A stretch of DNA of 64,000 nucleotides from a virus (lineage: Duplodnaviria; Caudoviricetes), in the IMG/VR virus record IMGVR_UViG_3300030376_007431, positions 1 through 64,000 of that record; one strand, given 5' to 3'. The notes under the pieces were generated by a model. The model saw nothing but the letters and a program-made list of their open reading frames with translations, was not told the DNA's origin and did no database searches. This document shows positions 54,161-63,625 of this stretch, piece after piece. The first letter of the stretch is position 1, and each line of letters begins with the position of its first letter. The position numbers and the translations under genes were made by a program.

Positions 54161-55009
54161 ATGGAAGATCTAAAAGAGCAAGCATGCAACCAAATCGAGA
54201 TGAGATGCAAAGGCTGTGTGTTCATCACCAATATAGAACAAGAGGCGTCAACCAAACAAATCGGATGTCGGCTAGGAAGATCGGACGTGTTGTGTCCAGA
54301 CTCGACTGGGGAAACAGACGAAGATGGAAATTTTAGCTTTGTATTTGATAGATTCTGCAACTGCTATAGACCAAAGGCTTGGGCAGATAGACTAAGCGCA
54401 GATGTTATACAGGAAGAGGAAGTACTAGAAGAGGTTGTCCCACGAGTTGGTCTGTTCCTAATCTTTGACAAATCATTTAAGGAGCAAGGAATCGCCAAAC
54501 TGTTAGAGACCATCGGAGACGTAAAATCACAAACATTATCTAAATTTAGATATGTTGTTGTGCTTAATCCTGACGTGGCATACAATCAAGAAATACAGGA
54601 AATTTTAGCTGATAGTTTTGACTTTGAACAAACTGAGTACCACTTAATCCAAGTATTGTCAGATGATGTTGAGCCGTATCATCTGGATGACGCTATTGGG
54701 TTTGCGAAAAATGGCTGGGTCTTAGTTACTACTATAGGTCAGAATATTCCTCATGATTTCATTGAGAAAATGAATAATAGAATAAATAGAGATCTTCTCC
54801 GTACAGCAATTATTAAGCCGTATGACGGACTAAATGGTCTGGTATTCCAGTCCAGCCTGTATAAATTTTTAGATGGCAATAAAAGAGTGATCCACTCAGA
54901 AACAGGAGAAGAAATTCCGTTCAGTTTTCTTGATCGTGTTAATGGCATGGAACAGAGTGACGACAATATCGTATCCAAATGGGAGGACTTTGTAAATGAC
55001 CCTTCCTAA
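54161..55009 (+). CDS. Hypothetical protein (Cys-rich N-terminus, possible degenerate GT-A)
   Basis: CKGC...C...C..Y N-terminus; located in the glycan island. Confidence 0.45.
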   Translation: MEDLKEQACNQIEMRCKGCVFITNIEQEASTKQIGCRLGRSDVLCPDSTGETDEDGNFSFVFDRFCNCYRPKAWADRLSADVIQEEEVLEEVVPRVGLFLIFDKSFKEQGIAKLLETIGDVKSQTLSKFRYVVVLNPDVAYNQEIQEILADSFDFEQTEYHLIQVLSDDVEPYHLDDAIGFAKNGWVLVTTIGQNIPHDFIEKMNNRINRDLLRTAIIKPYDGLNGLVFQSSLYKFLDGNKRVIHSETGEEIPFSFLDRVNGMEQSDDNIVSKWEDFVNDPS

Positions 55010-55811
55010 TGTGGCAATTATAATTAGTAACTATAACTACGGAGACTATGTTTTAGATGCTATATCAAGCGCTTTGAAGCAAGACTATGAAGGTCAGATG
55101 CGAATTTATGTAGTAGACGATGGCTCTTCTGATGGATCTTACCAGAAGCTATTAGACTACGCAGGGGAAGACATATCCTGCATAACGGACGCTTATCAGA
55201 AGACAGAACCATATTATAATGGCGAGATGAGGTCATTTCAGTGCAGCGACCTGAACCTGTGGTGTTACCATATAGAAAATTCAGGCGCGAGTACAGCCAG
55301 AAATGTTGGCATATGGGAAGCTTGGGAATGGGCAGACATCTTTGCTATTCTTGACGCGGATGACACTTATCGAAGTGACAAGGTTCGTAAACAAGTTGCG
55401 AAACTCACAAAGCATAAAGAGGTGGGAGTAACGTATTCAGACTATATAATCCATAAAACCTATAACGGCAATGACTACTCTAAATACGAGTACAAGTATC
55501 CTTACTCTAGAAAAGAGCTTGACAACCAATGTATAGTTCATAGCGCAGGGCTTATTAAGAAAGAGTATTTGGAGATGATAATGTTGTCAAATCAAGAGTT
55601 TTATGACAGTAGACTGCACGGGCCGGGAAGCAAAGCATTCATAGGATGTACCGAAGATTACGACCTATGGTTAAGATTAGCCAAACACTGTATTATAACA
55701 CACATACCCGAGCCTCTTTCCTTTGTTCGTGAGACTGGCCAAAACCAATCTATGAAAATGACAGCCGATATATTTCAAGAAAACGCTAAAATTTTGAGGC
55801 AAAATGTCTAG
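54996..55811 (+). CDS. GT2-family glycosyltransferase
   Basis: IIISNYNYG, VVDDGSSDGS, GASTARNVG, ILDADD, EDYDLWLRL. Confidence 0.93.
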   Translation: MTLPNVAIIISNYNYGDYVLDAISSALKQDYEGQMRIYVVDDGSSDGSYQKLLDYAGEDISCITDAYQKTEPYYNGEMRSFQCSDLNLWCYHIENSGASTARNVGIWEAWEWADIFAILDADDTYRSDKVRKQVAKLTKHKEVGVTYSDYIIHKTYNGNDYSKYEYKYPYSRKELDNQCIVHSAGLIKKEYLEMIMLSNQEFYDSRLHGPGSKAFIGCTEDYDLWLRLAKHCIITHIPEPLSFVRETGQNQSMKMTADIFQENAKILRQNV

Positions 55812-56514
55812 ATTTATTCATAAAATAAAAGGCACTCCGAGATCATCTCCGGTGGCTATACTTTCCGCAGGGATAGGTTCAAGAATAAAATCTCACGAAC
55901 CTAGAGCCTTACTTAAGGTTGGAAATAAATTACTTTTAGAGCACCAAATAGAGGTAATCAACAAGGCATTTCCTCAACCGGATGTAATTGTGGGTGTAGG
56001 ATACGAGCCTTGGAAGATAATGAAAAGAGTATCGGAGTCTGCGAGATTTGTCGAGAATCAATTATATGAGACATCTGGTAGTTTTGAAACCCTTAGACTT
56101 ATAGTCAACAATACCAAAGAAGACAACATTATCTTTTTTCACGGGGATCTATACTTCAAACAGCAATTTTTTCAAAGCTTTGACTATTCAAAATCATTTG
56201 TTGTATGTGATAATACAAACAATATGTCGGACAAAGAAGTTGGAGTTACTGAGAATAGACAAAAAGCTACAATATTTTCTTATGGACTTGAGAATAAATG
56301 GTGCCAAATTGCCTTTTTAAAAAACAAGGAGATGACCATACTTCGTCAAATATGCCAGAAACCAAGTCAAGAAATGAAGTCGCTATTGACTTTTGAGATT
56401 CTTAATGCTATAATTAACAAAGGAGGCGTTTTCAATATACACTACGCTCCGGAAAACTCAATATTGGAAATTGATTCCATGAAGGATTTGAATAATGAAA
56501 ATTTTAATTTCTAG
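55804..56514 (+). CDS. Nucleotidyltransferase (MobA/LicC-like NTP transferase)
   Basis: ILSAGIGSRI...PRALL, FFHGDL, EIDS..DL. Confidence 0.75.
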   Translation: MSRFIHKIKGTPRSSPVAILSAGIGSRIKSHEPRALLKVGNKLLLEHQIEVINKAFPQPDVIVGVGYEPWKIMKRVSESARFVENQLYETSGSFETLRLIVNNTKEDNIIFFHGDLYFKQQFFQSFDYSKSFVVCDNTNNMSDKEVGVTENRQKATIFSYGLENKWCQIAFLKNKEMTILRQICQKPSQEMKSLLTFEILNAIINKGGVFNIHYAPENSILEIDSMKDLNNENFNF

Positions 56515-57538
56515 CGACGGTATGCATGCCCATTATTTTCAAAGGGCTGCATGGCTAAAAGGTTTTAACGAAGCCGGTATACAAACGCTACTATGGGACT
56601 GCAAGACGACGCCAGCTTTTGATGTGTTTGATACCTTTGAACCAGATGTGTTTTTGGGGCAAACCTATAACCTAAATAAACCTCTACTTAAATGCATCTA
56701 TGAAAGGCCACATTTAAAGATAGGTCTTAGATCGGGAGATTGGGGAGACTTCGCACCTGACCCAAGATTCAATGTCCTCCATGCATCAGAGCAAGATATA
56801 AGAATACTTGAAAAGCTTAAGCAAGAGACGGGCAAGCCTGATTTTGTACATATTCATTATGCTCAAGATGCTGTAGACCAAACGCACTCTTCATACAAAA
56901 ACATTGGAATAGAAGCCAAATCTATTATAATGTGTGCAGATGTTCATGAGTATTCTGGATCATCTTATGATGAATCATTAGCCTGCGACATAGGTTTTGT
57001 TGGTGGATATTGGCCCCATAAGGGTATCATAATTGACAAGTATCTCACCCCGATGTGTCACCCTGTAGGTAAATATAACATTAAGATTTTTGGCAACCAA
57101 CCTTGGCATGTCAACCAATACTGTGGATTCATAAAGGACAACAAAGTAAAAGATCTTTTCAAGTCCGCAAAGGTGTCTCCTAATCTGAGCGAGCCCCATG
57201 CACATGAATACGGTTTTGATATTAATGAGAGATGTTTTAAAATATTGTGTGCGGGTGGATTCTGTGTGGCTGATAATGTAACAGCAATAAAGAAAATCTT
57301 TAATGGAAATGGTGTTGTTTTTGCAGAGTCACCCGATGACTTTACCAGCAAGATAGATCATTATATAAATAATCCCGAAGAAAGAAACGAGCTCGCTTCT
57401 CAAGGTCAGAAATTTGTTCTGTCAAATCATACAAACTTTCACAGGGTTTCGGAGATACTGAAGCTCTTTGGTTTTGAAGTAGAGGCTGCGAAAATTTTGA
57501 ACAGATGGGACGATATTAGGAAGACAGCTAATGTATAA
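56495..57538 (+). CDS. CgeB-like GT-B glycosyltransferase
   Basis: DIGFVGG, AKVSPNL, NERCFKILCAGGFCVAD. Confidence 0.75.
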   Translation: MKILISSDGMHAHYFQRAAWLKGFNEAGIQTLLWDCKTTPAFDVFDTFEPDVFLGQTYNLNKPLLKCIYERPHLKIGLRSGDWGDFAPDPRFNVLHASEQDIRILEKLKQETGKPDFVHIHYAQDAVDQTHSSYKNIGIEAKSIIMCADVHEYSGSSYDESLACDIGFVGGYWPHKGIIIDKYLTPMCHPVGKYNIKIFGNQPWHVNQYCGFIKDNKVKDLFKSAKVSPNLSEPHAHEYGFDINERCFKILCAGGFCVADNVTAIKKIFNGNGVVFAESPDDFTSKIDHYINNPEERNELASQGQKFVLSNHTNFHRVSEILKLFGFEVEAAKILNRWDDIRKTANV

Positions 57539-58490
57539 AGACGACAAAATTTTAATAACCGGAGGAACAGGCTTTTTAGGGAAGGCTGTTGTGAACACGC
57601 TTAGTTCGCAAGGCTACAACAATTTGCTACCCATAGGTAGGTCTGTGGATCTGACGTGTTGCGAGGAAACGTTTGATTTTTTTGAAAAGCAAAACCCTGA
57701 TGTGGTAATTCATCTTGCTGCTACTGTTGGCGGCATAGGTGCAAATAAAGAAAATCCCGGACTGTTCATGTACAACAATTTGGTCATGGGAACCAATACT
57801 ATTGAAGCTTCTAGACTTAACAAAGTTAAGAAATTTGTAATGGTTGGAACTGTTTGCGCTTATCCTAAATTCACACCTGTGCCATTTAAAGAGGACGATA
57901 TCTGGAATGGATACCCCGAAGAAACAAACGCGCCTTATGGTATTGCCAAGAAATCGCTTATGCGTTTGGTGCAATCGTATCATGAGCAATACAACTTTAA
58001 CGGCGTTAACCTCATTCCTGTTAATATGTATGGTCCTCACGATAACTTTGATCCTGCCATAAGCCATGTTATTCCAGCACTCATCCTTAAGTTCTATAAG
58101 GCTTTAAAATTTGATCTAGAAGCGGTGGAGGTTTGGGGTACTGGTGAAGCTAGTAGAGAGTTTTTATATGTAGAAGACTGTGCTCACGCTGTGCATTTAG
58201 CTCTTGAAAAGGATATTTCCCCAGAACCAATTAATATAGGGACTGGTGGTGAGATAAAAATAAAGTATCTAGCCCACACAATCGCAGAAGTTATGGGTTA
58301 TAAAGGTAGTATATATTTTAACTCCAGCTATCCAGATGGACAGCCCCGAAGACAGTTAGACATAAGCAGAGCTAAAGAAAGACTATATTATGAACCAAAG
58401 GTAGATCTCCTAGATGGGCTTGAGGCTACGGTAGACTGGTTTATGGAAAACAAGGAGGACTTTGATGTTTACCTTAACCGTATTCAGTAA
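57531..58490 (+). CDS. fcl: GDP-L-fucose synthase
   Basis: TGGTGFLG, HLAATVGGIGAN, GTVCAYPK, YGIAKK, NMYGPHDNF, SHVIPAL, WGTG..SREFLYVED, DGQPRR. Confidence 0.93.
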   Translation: MYKDDKILITGGTGFLGKAVVNTLSSQGYNNLLPIGRSVDLTCCEETFDFFEKQNPDVVIHLAATVGGIGANKENPGLFMYNNLVMGTNTIEASRLNKVKKFVMVGTVCAYPKFTPVPFKEDDIWNGYPEETNAPYGIAKKSLMRLVQSYHEQYNFNGVNLIPVNMYGPHDNFDPAISHVIPALILKFYKALKFDLEAVEVWGTGEASREFLYVEDCAHAVHLALEKDISPEPINIGTGGEIKIKYLAHTIAEVMGYKGSIYFNSSYPDGQPRRQLDISRAKERLYYEPKVDLLDGLEATVDWFMENKEDFDVYLNRIQ

Positions 58491-59373
58491 AGATAGAGCT
58501 TTACAGCTTGATCTCACACTAAATAGTGTTAAAGAGAATTTAGCATTTTTTGATAATATAATTGTTTTATATAATATTTCATCACCCTCATTTCATAAAG
58601 GTTATGAGATACTGATGAAGCAACATCCTGACGTAAAGTTTATCCGTCAAAAGGGTAGCATATTTAGAAATATATCCTCTATAATTGATGACTGCGAAAA
58701 CGAATACTTTTGCATGTGTACAGATGATATGATAGCCTACACCTCTTATAGGAGCAGCGTAAGCATACATAAAGCATTTCAAACGCCTCTGCCTCATGAG
58801 GCTGGCCACGCTATAAATATATCTATGTTCTCGTTGAGGAATGGACGAAATATAACGAAAAGAAATGCTGCGGGGAGAACGATACCTGATCATATGCCTC
58901 TATTCCTATCAGACGGAGACACGGACTGCATCTACTGGAGCTGGACAAGTATTCCATATGGAGGGTATTGGGGATATCCACTTTCTACTGACGGACATAT
59001 ATATAAGACTAAAACAATAGCTAATGTATTTGAGGAACTTGTAGTCTTAGACAAATACTACTCAACAAAGGGAATTCCAAGATCAAAGAATGCTTGGCCC
59101 CAAACACCAAATGTAATAGAAAGCAAGATGCAGAGGGCTATCTATGACCTTGAAACAGTATGTGCGTGTCCGCCCCGTAGCTGTTTTGTAAACAGTCCCA
59201 ATAATAGAGTTCAAGATGTGGCTGCGAACTCTCACGGCGACAAGTATTCTTATAGCCAACAGGATTTAAATGATAAATTTTTAGATGGCGCTAGGATAGA
59301 CTTAAATAAACTTCATTTTGGTTTTATCGAGTGTCCACATACAGAGATAGACATATTAGAGGGTTTAGTATGA
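58462..59373 (+). CDS. GT-A-like hypothetical glycosyltransferase
   Basis: VFSKDRALQL...CMCTDD (DxD-like); glycan-island context. Confidence 0.5.
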   Translation: MMFTLTVFSKDRALQLDLTLNSVKENLAFFDNIIVLYNISSPSFHKGYEILMKQHPDVKFIRQKGSIFRNISSIIDDCENEYFCMCTDDMIAYTSYRSSVSIHKAFQTPLPHEAGHAINISMFSLRNGRNITKRNAAGRTIPDHMPLFLSDGDTDCIYWSWTSIPYGGYWGYPLSTDGHIYKTKTIANVFEELVVLDKYYSTKGIPRSKNAWPQTPNVIESKMQRAIYDLETVCACPPRSCFVNSPNNRVQDVAANSHGDKYSYSQQDLNDKFLDGARIDLNKLHFGFIECPHTEIDILEGLV

Positions 59374-60176
59374 GTTTTTTTGAAATGTGCCAAGTAGAAA
59401 GTTCTCCATTTGATATCCAGTTTGCGAAGCAAGATCCTGACTGGAATATGGTGAGGGACGCTTATGATAACAATCTTTCTAGGGACGATCAAGACTGTGA
59501 AATACCCAAGATAATTCATTTTATATGGGTGGGAAGTAAGCTTCCAGAAAAGTATGTTGAAATTATTGAGGGGTGGAAACATTACAATCCAGACTTCGAG
59601 ATTTGGCTTTGGGATGACGAGAAGGTAGAAACTTTTTTGCCGCAGATGTTTAACAAAGACTTGTATTTACAGGCGCCAAGCTTTGGCAATAAATCCGACA
59701 TCTTAAGGTATGAGATACTTAAGCGATACGGAGGCGTATATGCAGACACTGATTTTGTCTGCCTTTCTAGTTTTGCTCATGCTCATCGTAAGTATTGCTT
59801 TTACGCTGGCATATTATATGAAAAGCCAGTTCAGCTAGGCAACGGAATTATAGCTGCTGTGCCCAACCATCCTATCGTAGATATATGTATACGTCAAATG
59901 AGATTAGATAACCCTTGGGGAATACAGTGTCCGCAGACGCTTGTGCTTTATCAGACTGGGCCTTGGGCTTTGACTAAGAGTGTCTTGCATTATATGAAAC
60001 ATGTGGGCGATGAAGGAATAATGATATATCCAACAACGAGTTTCCACGCTTTCCCAGCTGTTCTCAGGCATGAAGCTACCGACGAACTAATTGAGTCTTA
60101 CTATAGACCTTGGAGTATGGCGTGTCATCTCTGGCACTCAAGCTGGCAACCATCATCAGAACATTATAACGGATAA
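59370..60176 (+). CDS. DxD sugar-binding glycosyltransferase (GT32/Och1-like)
   Basis: IPKIIHFIW, SDILRYEILKRYGGVYADTD, TGPWAL. Confidence 0.9.
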   Translation: MSFFEMCQVESSPFDIQFAKQDPDWNMVRDAYDNNLSRDDQDCEIPKIIHFIWVGSKLPEKYVEIIEGWKHYNPDFEIWLWDDEKVETFLPQMFNKDLYLQAPSFGNKSDILRYEILKRYGGVYADTDFVCLSSFAHAHRKYCFYAGILYEKPVQLGNGIIAAVPNHPIVDICIRQMRLDNPWGIQCPQTLVLYQTGPWALTKSVLHYMKHVGDEGIMIYPTTSFHAFPAVLRHEATDELIESYYRPWSMACHLWHSSWQPSSEHYNG

Positions 60177-60182
60177 ATTAAA

Positions 60183-61001
60183 ATGTCAGAAATAATAAAC
60201 TTAGCTAAAGACAAGCCAGACACTTATGTATACCAGCAAGCCGCTGAAATATTATGTGACACACTTGAAAAAGATTACTCTTTCGTTATACAGTTGTGGG
60301 ATCACGAGAAACCAAAAGATACAAAATATCCTAAAGTTTTGATCTCAACTTCTGACGAAAAGCATGGTGTGCCTGTCGAAGCTCAAGATGACTCCTATGC
60401 GCACATTTTCAAACAGTACGCCCCAATGCTTGATATGAAAAATCCTACTTCAGTCAGAAGAGAATGGGATGGGAAAGTTAGTCCGCTTCCACTCTGTTCT
60501 CTACAGGGCTTTAAGCCAAACCCAATAAACATACATGAGCGAAAGTATGATTGGTCTTGGATGGGTCAGTTCGATCCATATACTAGAGTGGCGTTCAGAA
60601 ATTCTGTCAGTGATTTGCAAACAAAAGAACATACATGCAAAATCCTTTGGTATGAAGGATGGAATAATGGAAGTTCGATAGAAGAATATGCCGATGTTAT
60701 GAGCAATACCAAAATAGCCTTAGTGCCTAATGGCTCAGCCAGCTTTGAAAGTTTTAGATTTTTTGAGGCTGCAATGGCGGGATGTGTAATAGTTAGCCAG
60801 CAAATGCCGATTGTTCCAATGTACAATGTGGCACCGACCATAACTGTGGATAATAATTGGAGTAATCTCCCAGATGTTATAGACATGATCTTGGACAACA
60901 AAGAAGAGATGGAGTATTATTCGCACGCAAGCAAAGCGTGGTATGATTACTTCTGCTCTCCAGAAGGACTGGCTTACTACATGAAGAAAAGGTTGGTTTG
61001 A
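60183..61001 (+). CDS. Exostosin-like (GT47-like) glycosyltransferase
   Basis: YADVMSNTKIALVPNG...SFRFFEAAMAGCVIV. Confidence 0.7.
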   Translation: MSEIINLAKDKPDTYVYQQAAEILCDTLEKDYSFVIQLWDHEKPKDTKYPKVLISTSDEKHGVPVEAQDDSYAHIFKQYAPMLDMKNPTSVRREWDGKVSPLPLCSLQGFKPNPINIHERKYDWSWMGQFDPYTRVAFRNSVSDLQTKEHTCKILWYEGWNNGSSIEEYADVMSNTKIALVPNGSASFESFRFFEAAMAGCVIVSQQMPIVPMYNVAPTITVDNNWSNLPDVIDMILDNKEEMEYYSHASKAWYDYFCSPEGLAYYMKKRLV

Positions 61002-61005
61002 CTAT

Positions 61006-61770
61006 ATGGATTTTGTTGACGGAGAAAAGTTCCAGTCAGCTTGTGACTTTGAGCTTGGTCAAGAAATGCCCGAAAGACCAGAGTTGGTGATGTATGCGCC
61101 TTCAGAAAGCTACCTCGAAGCGCTGGTGTTTATTAAACAGAACACATCTACACGATTCAAGCTTGTCACTCATAATGGTGACATCGAGATTCATTTAGAT
61201 GATAGAGTTCTGCCGGACAATCTTATACACTGGTACGCGCAAAACCTGTGCGTCAAATCGAATAGAATATCGCCACTTCCTATAGCAATGGAGAACACTC
61301 ACTGGCATCCGACAAAGCGGTCAGCAATACTTAGCGTAGAACAGCAGTCAGAAAGGTTTCTTAAGCCGTTCACTCAATTTAATCCCCGCACACATCCATC
61401 TAGGTTGGATCTAGTAAGATTGATACAGCAAGGAGAAATTGATGTTGATTTTGCTCCTTCAATTAACGGGACGGGGTTTGATCAATATGTATACAATCTA
61501 TCTAAATACGCATTTTGTATTTGCCCGAGGGGTAACGGCATTGATACTCATAGGATATGGGAAGCCTTGCATATGGGCTGTGTGCCAATAGTAAAGAGGC
61601 ATGTTACGCACGAATGTTTGTTAGATTTGCCGGTCTTGTTCGTAGATGACTGGAGAGAAATAACTCATGAAAAGCTTGTGCAATTTATTCAACAAATACC
61701 CAACAATATATATAACATGCAGAAACTTTCTTTTTCCTACTGGGAGAATCTGATAAAAAATGACATCTAA
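61006..61770 (+). CDS. Exostosin-like (GT47-like) glycosyltransferase
   Basis: FCICPRGNGIDTHRIWEALHMGCVPIV. Confidence 0.75.
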   Translation: MDFVDGEKFQSACDFELGQEMPERPELVMYAPSESYLEALVFIKQNTSTRFKLVTHNGDIEIHLDDRVLPDNLIHWYAQNLCVKSNRISPLPIAMENTHWHPTKRSAILSVEQQSERFLKPFTQFNPRTHPSRLDLVRLIQQGEIDVDFAPSINGTGFDQYVYNLSKYAFCICPRGNGIDTHRIWEALHMGCVPIVKRHVTHECLLDLPVLFVDDWREITHEKLVQFIQQIPNNIYNMQKLSFSYWENLIKNDI

Positions 61771-62650
61771 GTTGAGAATTAAATTTGATAACTTTTGGGG
61801 TGGGTTTCCCCTGTATGACAATATAATAACAGTAGCTCTAAGTCTAAAACACGATGTAGAGATTGTTCAGCATGACCCAGATATTTTAGTGCATCAAGGC
61901 CAAACTTCCCACAAGCATGATGGCGCAATTACAATAGCTTGGTTTATAGAGTCTATGAATAGAATAGGGGAACCTGACTATAGTAAATGTGACTATTCTT
62001 TTAACAGTTGTAATCTTGATGATGAGAGAAACTATAGGATTCCCTTTTGGTCTACACAAATAAACTGGAATGGGGCTCCTGCGCATGACCTTAATCGAGG
62101 ACCAACATACTATATATCAATAGACGAGTTATCTAATAGGCAGATAGCTAATAGAGACAGGTTGTGTTGCTCAGTAGCGTCTGGAACGCTTGGTAGGAGA
62201 GCAGAGTTTTATCCTTACATATCCTCAAGAATGGATGTAGCACATGGAGGAGACTTCCTAAGAAATACAACAGAGATGATTGAAAAGCCGGGAAACAGTG
62301 ACTACTTAGAGAAGATAGAGTTTATTTCTAAATTTAAATCGAACCTATGTTTTGAGAACGATGACAGACAAGGATACGTATGTGAGAAGATACTACATGC
62401 TTTTTATGCTGGTTGTCTGCCCATATACTGGGGACCAGCAAATGTAGGTGAAGACTTCAACAAGAAAGCGTTTATTGATGTTAGTGATTTTGAGTCTAGC
62501 GAAGAGGCTGTTAATTATATACACGATGTGCTTTTAAACGATACAAAATTATTAGAATATCTAGAGCAACCAGTATTTGAAAATGGACAGGTGCCATATC
62601 ACTCAACACCGGAGTCACTATTAGAGTTCTTAGAGAAAAAGGGTATATAA
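61760..62650 (+). CDS. GT10 alpha-1,3/4-fucosyltransferase-like protein
   Basis: K.EFISKFKSNLCFEN...GYVCEKILHAFYAGCLPIYWG (GT10 motif). Confidence 0.88.
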   Translation: MTSKLRIKFDNFWGGFPLYDNIITVALSLKHDVEIVQHDPDILVHQGQTSHKHDGAITIAWFIESMNRIGEPDYSKCDYSFNSCNLDDERNYRIPFWSTQINWNGAPAHDLNRGPTYYISIDELSNRQIANRDRLCCSVASGTLGRRAEFYPYISSRMDVAHGGDFLRNTTEMIEKPGNSDYLEKIEFISKFKSNLCFENDDRQGYVCEKILHAFYAGCLPIYWGPANVGEDFNKKAFIDVSDFESSEEAVNYIHDVLLNDTKLLEYLEQPVFENGQVPYHSTPESLLEFLEKKGI

Positions 62651-63225
62651 TGGCTGGAGAATTTTCTTACAACCGCAAAAAGTATTTCTTTCTTCATATC
62701 CCGAAGACTGGCGGTAAGATGTGGGAGCATGTATTTAGCGGTATTGGGCTGACTTCTGGACATGGTTTCGTAGAATCTAAACCAGAAGGATATTCATTTA
62801 CTGTAATAAGAAACCCATTTGATAGATTGGTCAGCTGTTTCTATTACCTCAAGGCTGGCGGGTGCTGGTCGGGTGACGCAAATGATGCGTTAAAGTATGA
62901 TATTACAAACAATACTTTTGAAGACTGGCTCAAGCTAGCTAGCAAAAACCCTCAGCACTATCTAGAACAGCAACACGTTATGCCTATGATGCGTAGAATT
63001 GGCAAAAAAGAAAACTTCGACCATATTGGATTATTTGAAGATTTAGAACAGGAAACCAGAGATCTATACTCTATTATATATGGCCATAAAATTGATGAAG
63101 TGCCTGTGATTAACAAAAGCGCCCATCGCCACTTTGAAGATTGTTACACCGAAGAAACAAAAGCTATAGTTTCAGAACTATACAAGGATGATATAAAACT
63201 ATATGAGGAGCTATTAAATGCATAA
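62650..63225 (+). CDS. Carbohydrate sulfotransferase (Sulfotransfer_2-like)
   Basis: 5'-PSB FLHIPKTGG; 3'-PB FTVIRNPFDRLVSCFYY. Confidence 0.88.
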   Translation: MAGEFSYNRKKYFFLHIPKTGGKMWEHVFSGIGLTSGHGFVESKPEGYSFTVIRNPFDRLVSCFYYLKAGGCWSGDANDALKYDITNNTFEDWLKLASKNPQHYLEQQHVMPMMRRIGKKENFDHIGLFEDLEQETRDLYSIIYGHKIDEVPVINKSAHRHFEDCYTEETKAIVSELYKDDIKLYEELLNA

Positions 63226-63625
63226 GATATATAAAGACGAGAAGCTTTACCACTGCTACTTCAACGCTGACGAGTACCAAGAGGGTAGGTTTGATGCTAC
63301 CGACGCTGGAGAATATTTGCAGTGCGCTATTATAAATATGGATGACGGCAAGAAGTTTGATCCGCATGTCCATATCCCTTGTGAAAGAACAACTGACACA
63401 ACTCAAGAGGCTTGGGTTGTGCTTAAGGGCAAGATAAAAATAACATATTATGACGAAGATAAAAATCAAATGGACGAGCCGGCTATAGTTTCTGCCGGAG
63501 GGTGTACTATAAGTTTTTGGGGTGGTCATAAATATGAATGTCTAGAAGACGGAACTGTAGTCTATGAATTTAAGACTGGCCCGTACTTTGGCAAAGATGC
63601 TGATAAGGTAGTGTTTGATGCGTAA
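63218..63625 (+). CDS. WbuC-like cupin-fold protein
   Basis: PHVH...QEAWVVLKG...H.Y..LEDG..VYEFK.GPY. Confidence 0.75.
   Translation: MHKIYKDEKLYHCYFNADEYQEGRFDATDAGEYLQCAIINMDDGKKFDPHVHIPCERTTDTTQEAWVVLKGKIKITYYDEDKNQMDEPAIVSAGGCTISFWGGHKYECLEDGTVVYEFKTGPYFGKDADKVVFDA

Noticed and set aside
155-63529. The many minus-strand and alternate-frame ORFs in the track (e.g. 35358..35858, 42452..42937, 53176..53664, 29602..30018)
   Set aside because: All lie antisense to or inside well-supported + strand genes, and show no motifs or RBS; they are shadow ORFs.
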